A stretch of DNA of 64,000 bases from Myxococcota bacterium (lineage in GTDB: Bacteria > Myxococcota_A > SURF-8): assembly GCA_965140415.1 (NCBI GenBank), contig OZ223209.1, forward strand, positions 4,864,001 to 4,928,000. Direction: 5' to 3'. Both the position numbers and the translations under genes were made by a program. Below, piece by piece: positions 9,442 to 17,113 of the stretch (position 1 is the first letter of the stretch; the number at the start of each line of letters is the position of its first letter). Below the pieces are notes generated by a model. It worked only from the letters and a program-made list of their open reading frames with translations. It did not search any database and was not told where the DNA came from.

Positions 9442-9819
9442 ATGCCGGAACGAATCGTAAAAGGGCAAAAGATCGCGCCTCTGAAAAAGCGCCTGTCGCG
9501 CGAATTTCGTAGAACCATGACTCCCGCGGAAGCGAAGTTCTGGTCGTTGGTTCGCCGCAAGGCGATTAACGGTTGCAAATTCAGGCGACAACAGATCATC
9601 GACGGGTTTATCGTAGATTTCTATTGCCACGAACGGAGTTTGATTGTGGAGATCGACGGCGACATACACGCAGAACATGTAGAGGAAGACAGGGTCCGAC
9701 AAGAGCACCTGGAGAATCGCGGCTTCCACGTCCTGCGATTCCAGAACGTCGATGTACTCAGCAACACTGACACAGTATTGGAAACGATCTTCGAAGCAAC
9801 GAGGAGCGATCATGTTTAG
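9442..9819 (+). CDS. DUF559 / Vsr-like (very-short-patch-repair fold) endonuclease-domain protein
   Basis: REFRRTMTPAEAKFWSLVR...GCKFRRQQIIDGFIVDFYC...LIVEIDGDIH...DRVRQEHLENRGFHVLRFQN. The ORF is open from 9109, but ATG 9442 follows the GGAGG at the end of the last repeat unit. Confidence 0.88.
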   Translation: MPERIVKGQKIAPLKKRLSREFRRTMTPAEAKFWSLVRRKAINGCKFRRQQIIDGFIVDFYCHERSLIVEIDGDIHAEHVEEDRVRQEHLENRGFHVLRFQNVDVLSNTDTVLETIFEATRSDHV

Positions 9820-12193
9820 AGCCATGCGCCTATCTTACACTATTCATCTAGTCTCATTCATCATTCTCTTGCTCCTCTCCTCCTGCAACCTCTTCCTTCC
9901 CGCGCAGGGCTCTGAAGGGCAGCCATGTACAGACGGCGGACTTTGTTTTGATGGCTTGGTGTGCATCGATGGATTCTGCGTGAACCCGAACACGCCCGAC
10001 GGAGATCAGGAGACAAAACCGGATGGAGATGAGGATTCCGTGGATGGCGACACCGATAACCCACCTGATGGGGACATGGATACAATAGACGGTGACTTGC
10101 CTAGCGATGGGGATACCGATGAACCAACGGACGGAGATAAGGATACTGTAGACGGTGACTTGCCCACAGACGGCGATACAGATGATCCAACGGATGGTGA
10201 TAAGGATACAGTGGACGGTGATACAGATACCCCACCGGACGGCGACCAGGATACCGTAGACGGCGATCTACCTACCGATGGGGATAACGACCCAGACCTC
10301 GATATTGAAGCCGATACCGATGAAGAAATTGAAACGCCCCCCGGCTTTGTACCAATCACTGCCGGTACCTTCTGGATGGGTTCGCCGGGTGGAAGCTGCC
10401 CAAGTGGCTATCCGGAAGATTGCATCGACGAGCTGGGGCGGTATGCAGATCGAGAGGAGCTTCACGAGGTGACCTTAACTTACGATTTCGAGTTGCAGGC
10501 GTACGAGGTGACGGAAGCGGATTTCGAGACTGTGATGGGCTGGAATCCGGTGGATACGCATAATGCGGCTTGCGGTTTCGGCTGCGGGGATACGCATCCG
10601 GTAAAGTACGTGTCGTGGTTTGATGTGTTGGCGTATGCGAACGAGTTATCCATCGATGCGGGTTTGACACCCTGTTACATATTTTCGGACGTGACGTGCG
10701 GGGACAGCTCGACTCAGGGTTCCAGCTACATGGCGTGCATGAATACAACGCAGAAGGGGATAGAATCTGCGACGGTGACCCTGGCAGGCGGTGCGACGAA
10801 GCCGCAGGACTGTGAGGGTTATCGTTTGCCGACGGAGGCGGAATGGGAGTATGCGATACGAACAGGCAACCAGTACACGGCGTTTTACCAGAGCGATGGC
10901 AACGACGGGACGATCACTCAAACAGGAACAAGTCCTGTCGATCCGAACCTGACGCAGATCGGCTGGTATGGCGGCAACAATAGTCCGTATGGCACGAAGC
11001 CGGTTGGCGGCAAGGAACCTAACGCCTGGGGCTTGTACGACATGAACGGGAACGTGTATGAATGGACCTGGGACTGGTATCAGTCGTCTTACCAGAACGA
11101 TGTAGCGACCGACCCCATAGGTCCGACGACACCAGGCTCGTTCCGCGTCTCTCGTGGCGGCTATTGGGACGGCGACGCGCAGTTCTGCCGGTCGGCGTAC
11201 CGTGGCTACAACTCGCCCGGCGGTCGCTACTACTTCCTTGGCGCTCGCCTTGCCAGAACGTTGAATCCGCCCACTCCCGGTTTCGTCTCGATAACCGCCG
11301 GAACCTTCTGGATGGGCTCGCCGGATGGGACCTGCCCGGCGGGCTATCCGGGGAGTTGCACGAGCGAGTTGGGACGGGTTTCGGATCGGGAGGAACTTCA
11401 CGAAGTGACCTTAACCTACGATTTCGAGTTGCAGGCGCACGAGTTGACACAGGGGGAGTGGACAGCGTTGATGACGTGGAATCCAAGCCATTTTGACACT
11501 TGTGATAGTGCTGATGGCAGCACGTGTCCGGTGGAAACCATCTCCTGGTACGACATGTTGGCATATGCCAACGAGTTGTCATCCGATTCAGGTCTGACTC
11601 CCTGTTACGTGTTTTCCGATGTGACCTGCGAGGACAGTTCGACGCAGGGTTCAAATTACATGGTGTGCATGAATTCGACGCAGGGCGGGATCAATTCTGC
11701 AACGGTGATCTTAGCTGGCGGCGCGGCAAAACCGCAGGACTGCGAGGGTTACCGGCTCCCCACGGAAGCGGAGTGGGAATATGCGGTCCGGTCTGGGAGT
11801 GAGTATACGGCGTTTTATACGAGTGATGTTAACGACGGGACGATCACGTATACGGACTGCACTCAGGATACCAACCTGAGTCAGATCGGCTGGTATTGTG
11901 GCAACGCAAGCAGTACAACACATCCGGTGAGCAAGAAAGAGGCGAATGCTTGGGGCTTGGTTGACATGAGCGGGAACGTGTATGAATGGGTCTGGGACTG
12001 GTATCAGGCCGATTATCAGAATGATGTAGGTACCAACCCCATAGGTCCGACGACACCAGGCTCGTTCCGCGTCTCTCGTGGCGGCTATTGGGACGGCGAC
12101 GCGCAGGGCTGCCGGTCAGCATACCGTGCCTTCTACTCACCCGGCCATCGTAGCGACGTCCTTGGTGCTCGCTTGGCCAGAACCAGGCATTGA
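9812..12193 (+). CDS. Lipoprotein with Asp-rich DGD linker and two tandem FGE-sulfatase/SUMF1 (C-type-lectin fold) domains; candidate DGR target
   Basis: Lipobox LLSSC; Cys-rich mini-domain; DGD repeats; twice FWMGS...YRLPTEAEWEYA...NAWGL.DM.GNVYEW.WDWY...RVSRGGYW...CRSAYR...LGARLAR; GAGGAG RBS before ATG 9812. Confidence 0.88.
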   Translation: MFRAMRLSYTIHLVSFIILLLLSSCNLFLPAQGSEGQPCTDGGLCFDGLVCIDGFCVNPNTPDGDQETKPDGDEDSVDGDTDNPPDGDMDTIDGDLPSDGDTDEPTDGDKDTVDGDLPTDGDTDDPTDGDKDTVDGDTDTPPDGDQDTVDGDLPTDGDNDPDLDIEADTDEEIETPPGFVPITAGTFWMGSPGGSCPSGYPEDCIDELGRYADREELHEVTLTYDFELQAYEVTEADFETVMGWNPVDTHNAACGFGCGDTHPVKYVSWFDVLAYANELSIDAGLTPCYIFSDVTCGDSSTQGSSYMACMNTTQKGIESATVTLAGGATKPQDCEGYRLPTEAEWEYAIRTGNQYTAFYQSDGNDGTITQTGTSPVDPNLTQIGWYGGNNSPYGTKPVGGKEPNAWGLYDMNGNVYEWTWDWYQSSYQNDVATDPIGPTTPGSFRVSRGGYWDGDAQFCRSAYRGYNSPGGRYYFLGARLARTLNPPTPGFVSITAGTFWMGSPDGTCPAGYPGSCTSELGRVSDREELHEVTLTYDFELQAHELTQGEWTALMTWNPSHFDTCDSADGSTCPVETISWYDMLAYANELSSDSGLTPCYVFSDVTCEDSSTQGSNYMVCMNSTQGGINSATVILAGGAAKPQDCEGYRLPTEAEWEYAVRSGSEYTAFYTSDVNDGTITYTDCTQDTNLSQIGWYCGNASSTTHPVSKKEANAWGLVDMSGNVYEWVWDWYQADYQNDVGTNPIGPTTPGSFRVSRGGYWDGDAQGCRSAYRAFYSPGHRSDVLGARLARTRH
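11141..11260 (+). repeat. Candidate DGR variable repeat VR1 (C-terminus of FGE domain 1)
   Basis: Codons at positions that are typically Asn in FGE-type template repeats are all NNY; paralog of 12065-12184. Confidence 0.55.
12065..12184 (+). repeat. Candidate DGR variable repeat VR2 (C-terminus of FGE domain 2)
   Basis: Differs from VR1 non-synonymously only at codon positions 1-2 of NNY codons; followed by stop, a pyrimidine-rich tract and a hairpin. Confidence 0.6.
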
Positions 12194-12214
12194 ACCCTTT
12201 CGCTTTTACGCTTT

Positions 12215-12330
12215 AACCTCTCCCCGCCCCTCTCCCAGTGGGAGAGGGGTCGGAGCGCAGCAGGTGCTCCGGGAGGGGCTATGAACCTCCCCCGTCCGTC
12301 TTCGACGTCCGCCCCCCCATCGGGAGGGGC
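12215..12330. repeat. Family A REP-like composite (half B then half A) downstream of the FGE gene
   Basis: cccctctcccagtgggagagggg hairpin, then gtcggagcgcagcaggtgctccgggagggg, then aacctcccccgtccgtcttcgacgtccg...catcgggaggggc, matching the 9109-9441 unit halves. Confidence 0.9.
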
Positions 12331-12396
12331 AAACAAAACAACGGCCCGCAAGCATTAAGCCCACGGACCGTTGATTTTTTTAGAAACAGAATCTCT

Positions 12397-14025
12397 TTAC
12401 AAGGCTTCACCGCGCCCCTGGCGGAATTCCAGCGCCTTGGCCAGCTTGAAGAAATCACCGTCGATCGGCACGAAGCGCAAACGGGTTTTGAAGGTTTTGG
12501 GATTGATCAGCGTCTCGAAACGCACCCGCTTGATTTCCAGGTTGTCACCAACCGAAACCATGCTGCCGAATTTGCCTTCCTTGATGAAACGGAACGCGCC
12601 CATGCCCAACTGGCTGCCCAGTAGCACGTCGAAAGCCGACGGTTCGATGCAGCGCGTGGTATAGCCGATGGAACCTTCTTTGACGGTCAGATCGCGACCC
12701 GTGCGCTTCTTGAAACGCTTTTCCAAGGCGGCGGCAATCGTTTGACCGATACGGGCGTCACTTAGGACCAGATTGCCGTGCTCGTCATACTCTTTAGGCT
12801 TCATCGATTCGGGGAGCTTGTCTACCAGACCTTCCGACACCAGAATGACGCCGTAGCGCTTGTCCGCTTTTTCCCGACTGAGTACCAGATCCACCAATTC
12901 ATCCGACAAGGCTTTGAGGTCGAATTCATCGCCCTGTTCTTCCGGTCCGATCATACGCACGGCTTCACCGGCGATTCCGGCACCCAAGGTATACCAGCCC
13001 GCCTTGCGGCCCATCAGCTCCAGCACGAAATAGCATTCGGTCGTACGCACTTCGTTGTTGTAGATCTTGATATCCTGCCGCGCGCGTTCGATGGCGGAAA
13101 AGTAACCGAAGGTCCAGGGAATGCCGTAATAATCGTTGTCGATTGTCTTGGGCACGTGCACCACCGGCACTCCCAGCAGATGCAGATAGTAGGCCGTTTT
13201 CAGCGTATCGTCACCACCGATGGAAATCAGCGAGCTGACACCCATATATTCCAGCGCATCCATGACATTACGCAGCTTGCGGTTTTTCTTCGGGTCTAAA
13301 AGATCGGTTGCCTTCTGGATTTCCAGATCGCCGATTTTACTTGGATTCGCACGCGACGTACGCAGCACCGAGCCGCCCTGCTGGCGGATTTTGGTAATAT
13401 CATCCAGTTCGAGCGATTTGAAGTGGATGCCTTCCGTCAGCTTTTTGGGATCTTCCCGGTCGAAATCCTGTAGGAATTCATAACCCTTGTAAAAACCGAT
13501 CACGTCGAAACCATCGTTTAGAAATTGCAGGGCCGTGGTCGAAATGACGGCGTTGGCTCCGGGAGCCGGACCACCGGAAAATAGCATCCCAATGCGTTTT
13601 TGGCCGTGGGAAATAAATTGCCTCCCCTTTTTGATGCGTTGAATATCCGCCTTGGCGATCTTGGTTTCTTCTTTAGCTTTTTTGGCTGTCGCTTTCGGAG
13701 CTGCAACCTTTTTGGGCGCCGCTTTCTTCGTTGCCGCTTTTTTCGCTACAGCCTTTTTGGTTGCAGGCTTTTTCGCAGCAGGCTTCTTTGCTGCGGTCTT
13801 TTTGGCTACCGCCTTGACCGGTGCTTTTTTCGGGGATTCTTTTTCTTTCGCTGCGACAATCGAAACCACATTGTTCTTCCGCTTGGTCGCCTTTTTGGCG
13901 CCGTCTGCTTTCTTTGCAGGTACCACGACTACATTCTCCTTTTTCTTGCTTGTCGCTTTTGCCTTGGCGGCAGAGGATGCCACCCCTCGGACCTTGACCG
14001 CTTGTTTCGTTGCTTTTGCAGGCAT
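12397..14025 (-). CDS. pfp: Pyrophosphate-dependent 6-phosphofructokinase with ~130-aa Lys/Ala-rich histone-H1-like N-terminal extension
   Basis: SGGPAPGAN, GGSVLRTSR, GGDDT and PKTIDND (the Asp/Lys combination diagnostic of PPi use), ELMGR, SEG; N-terminus KKTAAKKPAAKKPATKKAVAKK. Confidence 0.88.
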   Translation of the reverse strand: MPAKATKQAVKVRGVASSAAKAKATSKKKENVVVVPAKKADGAKKATKRKNNVVSIVAAKEKESPKKAPVKAVAKKTAAKKPAAKKPATKKAVAKKAATKKAAPKKVAAPKATAKKAKEETKIAKADIQRIKKGRQFISHGQKRIGMLFSGGPAPGANAVISTTALQFLNDGFDVIGFYKGYEFLQDFDREDPKKLTEGIHFKSLELDDITKIRQQGGSVLRTSRANPSKIGDLEIQKATDLLDPKKNRKLRNVMDALEYMGVSSLISIGGDDTLKTAYYLHLLGVPVVHVPKTIDNDYYGIPWTFGYFSAIERARQDIKIYNNEVRTTECYFVLELMGRKAGWYTLGAGIAGEAVRMIGPEEQGDEFDLKALSDELVDLVLSREKADKRYGVILVSEGLVDKLPESMKPKEYDEHGNLVLSDARIGQTIAAALEKRFKKRTGRDLTVKEGSIGYTTRCIEPSAFDVLLGSQLGMGAFRFIKEGKFGSMVSVGDNLEIKRVRFETLINPKTFKTRLRFVPIDGDFFKLAKALEFRQGRGEAL

Positions 14026-14123
14026 ACTTCTCTCCCTTCGAGCAATCTCCCCCTCAAAGTCCGTATTTCAAATGAAGCAAAGCAACTGCGGACATGCAGC
14101 TACTCCACATTGGAATCATGCTG

Positions 14124-14153
14124 ATTTTACGAGTACAGGTTGTGCATTGTCAA
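14124..14153 (-). promoter_or_regulatory. Putative sigma70 promoter for pfp
   Basis: Minus strand TTGACA-18 nt-TAAAAT, ~100 nt upstream of ATG 14025. Confidence 0.55.
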
Positions 14154-14191
14154 TGAATTCGTCGGTCCTGGACAATAAATATCGGTTAATT

Positions 14192-15862
14192 TCAGGGATT
14201 CGCCAGAATGTAACCGCTTATTTCCTGCTTCAGTCGTTCCGCGCGATAAATCGAGAATCCGGTGGAAAGCTGCCACACTTTTTCACCTGTTGCCGTAACT
14301 TCGATCAAGCGGGAAATCTGTCCCGGTTTGTTTTTACCGAAAGTAATCAGCGTATTTCCATTATCCAGACGGTCGGCATCGCCATAGGCCGGACAGAAGA
14401 TGTCCGGGTCCGGTCGATACGACCAGACGGCCTGTGCCTGCATGCTCTGCGTGTCGTAGTGCAACTCCACCGCGCGACTGTATTCGCGAATGTTGTAATC
14501 TCCGTTATCAAATATCAGAATATTTCCATTGGGTAGAATTTCGGGAGCATGCTGTCGATAAAAACGATCCGCCTCCGGAATATCGAAATCCCCATGCTCG
14601 CCCAGCTTCCAAATCACGTTTCCCGTGGCGTGATCCACCTTGAACAAGGTGTACTGGTTGCGAGAAGAAACCAGAAACGCATCTTCATTTGGAAACGGTT
14701 CGACCGTGTTCACATGCGACCAATCGGTTTTCAGCACGTCGGGCCGGTAATGCTCGCAGATATTCCAGCTCCAGATATCCTGCCGCAAGGTCATGTCGTA
14801 TTCACGCACACCACCGGCAAAATACGGTTCCAAATCGCCGGGGCAGTCGTAATAGGTCGTAAGATAAATCAATTTCCCTTCGCCGTAAGTCCGAATATCG
14901 TGATGGACGAACAGGTCTTCCTCCCAGAGCACCTGCCCTTCCCAGTCGACGATGGCAGGCGGGAATACGTTTCGATTACCGCCGATCAGAATTCCCTGTT
15001 CAATCGTACGCACATCCGTATCCGCGCCCTGGTGTCGGATTGCGCGCCGATGATACCAGCGAATGCGTCCCAATTCATCCACGATCACGATTAACAGCGG
15101 GCTTTTATTGACTTCATCATTCTGATTGAAGAGCGTCCAGCCGGATTGAATTTTACTCGCATCGAGTGTGTCGATCGTAAAAACCGGAACGTTTTCCGGC
15201 AGCGGTCCGGCTGTGGCCAGCTGCACAGAGAAGCTGCTCCCGGCTTGCGCCTTGAATTCACATTCGGCTTCGTCGTATAAGCCCATCACAAAAACCTGAT
15301 GATGTGTCTTGGCGGTATCGTCATCGAAAGACCGGCTGTAGTCATCGCCACAGCGAACCTGAAGATGCGTGGCAACGGCAAGATCTGTTTCCCATTCCAC
15401 ATAATACGACAAGCTGTTGGCCGGATTCTGAACCAGGAAAAAGTTTCGAATTTCAACCGGCTGTCCCATGTCGGGCTCGATGTCGGGCTCGATGTCCTCT
15501 TCGAATTCCGTATCCGGTTCCCATTCGATGTCAAACTCGTCGCCTTGTTCCTCTGCATCCGGCAGATCCAAATCGCCATCGATGACGTCATCCGTCTCTA
15601 CTTCTTCCACTTCCATTTCCCAGACCGAATCGAAATCCAGATCGGCGTCTGTCGTATCACCGTCGGAAGGGATGACGTCATCCGTATCCTGTTCGCTTTC
15701 GATATCTGTTTCATTATCTCCGTCGATCTGCGGATCGGCATCGCCATTTACATCCGTATCGCTATCGGAACCGCCGGGATCGGTTGAATCCGAACTACAG
15801 GCGAAAACACCCAACAGCAAAGCCAGTAAGATGGTGGCAAACAGCAGAGAATAAGCACGCAT
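14192..15862 (-). CDS. Aryl-sulfate sulfotransferase (ASST)-like beta-propeller lipoprotein with acidic DGD linker
   Basis: Lipobox VFAC-SSD; HHD, DWSHVN, LVSSRNQ, FYRQHAP, FDNG, YSRAVE and GDADRLDNGNTLIT motifs; ATG 15862 with GGAAGGG RBS. Confidence 0.8.
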   Translation of the reverse strand: MRAYSLLFATILLALLLGVFACSSDSTDPGGSDSDTDVNGDADPQIDGDNETDIESEQDTDDVIPSDGDTTDADLDFDSVWEMEVEEVETDDVIDGDLDLPDAEEQGDEFDIEWEPDTEFEEDIEPDIEPDMGQPVEIRNFFLVQNPANSLSYYVEWETDLAVATHLQVRCGDDYSRSFDDDTAKTHHQVFVMGLYDEAECEFKAQAGSSFSVQLATAGPLPENVPVFTIDTLDASKIQSGWTLFNQNDEVNKSPLLIVIVDELGRIRWYHRRAIRHQGADTDVRTIEQGILIGGNRNVFPPAIVDWEGQVLWEEDLFVHHDIRTYGEGKLIYLTTYYDCPGDLEPYFAGGVREYDMTLRQDIWSWNICEHYRPDVLKTDWSHVNTVEPFPNEDAFLVSSRNQYTLFKVDHATGNVIWKLGEHGDFDIPEADRFYRQHAPEILPNGNILIFDNGDYNIREYSRAVELHYDTQSMQAQAVWSYRPDPDIFCPAYGDADRLDNGNTLITFGKNKPGQISRLIEVTATGEKVWQLSTGFSIYRAERLKQEISGYILANP

Positions 15863-16071
15863 CGCGAACCCTTCCAATATAGCAAAATAATGCACATTCA
15901 GATTTCTATGCAAGCATGCCCGAAGTGAGGTGAAAATGCAAGGAGGAGACGGCAGAAGTCGTGTATGGAAGAAGCGAATGCCGCAGATGGAAACGCTTGA
16001 TTGGTTTGGGGGAGGTGGCGCACCGCCCGTTAATACCCGCAGTGGGCGATGCGCCGGAGGGAAGAGAAAGT

Positions 16072-16992
16072 CTATTCATCCAGTGAGCAGTGTGCTTCCC
16101 CACTGTGACCTAACGTCAACACCGCATCCAGGAACTGGTCGTATACATCCATGAATTTCAGATCTTCCTGGGTGACATCCAACACACCATCCTGGGCCAA
16201 TGCCGCAAAGGGGCCGAAACCTACCGCCATATAGTTGATGGCTTCTTCATCATCCGTATCCGCCGGAGCATCTTCGCTATAGTCGCCGAAGATATGGTCG
16301 AAGTGGAACGTCGCCTGCGCTTCGCCCTTACCGTTGGGCTCAACCACACCGATGTCTTCAGGGTGAGGACCGCAGCTGATGTAGTTCATTTCCTCGGTCA
16401 GCTTGATAGTGAAGGAAACGCTGTCGCTGGTTTCATTGTTGACCGCCGTACCGATCATGACAACACTGTAACCTTCATACTCCGCTACCAAGCCTTCGCT
16501 TTCCGAACTAGCCTTCTCGATATTGAAATTCATGAAATTGTAGTTACCGATTTCCACGTCGGCGATCTGTCCCAGTTCGATCGGGTCCGGTCCTACATGC
16601 CCGTCGATGAAAAATTCGCCGACCAGCGCCGCGTGCGCCGTTCCTTCTTCGATGGTGGCATGTGGATGACCGGCATGGGCGCGCAGATCGGCAGGAAGCA
16701 GTTTTCTTGCTTCGGTGGTGCCATCGCCGTCGGTTTCTTCGACATCGCCATCTTCTTCGGTAACGACAGCCTGATACGCCGTCGGTCCTACGATATTGAT
16801 GTAGACGTGATCGAAATCGATTTGCCAGTTATCTTCGGAAACGAAACCATCGCGCACGAAATCTTCTGCGTTGAGCGTAAAGACCAGCGTTCCGGTTTCC
16901 GCCACTTCTTCGTCGTCATCGCCGCAGGCAACCATCAATCCGAGTGTCCCTAACAGCACTGCCAGCATCCAGATACTCAATCCCTGTTTCAT
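16072..16992 (-). CDS. His-containing lipoprotein, DUF4382/MbnP-like partner of a TonB-dependent metal receptor
   Basis: Lipobox LMVAC; GTLVFTLNAEDFVRDGFVSEDNWQIDFDHVY; HAGHPH; TFHFDHIFGD; C-terminal GHSGEAHC; AAGGAGG RBS; directly downstream of the TBDR. Family assignment is from memory of similar cyanobacterial proteins. Confidence 0.6.
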   Translation of the reverse strand: MKQGLSIWMLAVLLGTLGLMVACGDDDEEVAETGTLVFTLNAEDFVRDGFVSEDNWQIDFDHVYINIVGPTAYQAVVTEEDGDVEETDGDGTTEARKLLPADLRAHAGHPHATIEEGTAHAALVGEFFIDGHVGPDPIELGQIADVEIGNYNFMNFNIEKASSESEGLVAEYEGYSVVMIGTAVNNETSDSVSFTIKLTEEMNYISCGPHPEDIGVVEPNGKGEAQATFHFDHIFGDYSEDAPADTDDEEAINYMAVGFGPFAALAQDGVLDVTQEDLKFMDVYDQFLDAVLTLGHSGEAHCSLDE

Positions 16993-17113
16993 GTTCTCAT
17001 CCTCCTTGTTTCGTGAGTCAACCAACTCGCTACTTTTCCTGAATAATACTTTTTCTAACGATTCTCGATTCCGGGCTCCCCGTCATCGACTTCTTGTTTC
17101 CGTTTTTCAATTA

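Noticed and set aside
9049-9825. Minus-strand ORFs 9049-9825 and 9069-9599
   Set aside because: Antisense shadows of the GC-rich repeat array and the DUF559 gene; no recognisable motifs.
9812-12193. Catalytic formylglycine-generating enzyme linked to the ASST gene
   Set aside because: The catalytic Cys pair is missing, no sulfatase is present in the window, and ASST does not need formylglycine.
13600-14536. Hydrophobic plus-strand ORFs (13600-14124, 13652-14536)
   Set aside because: The Phe/Ala/Leu richness is the antisense reading of the Lys/Ala codons in the PFK tail.
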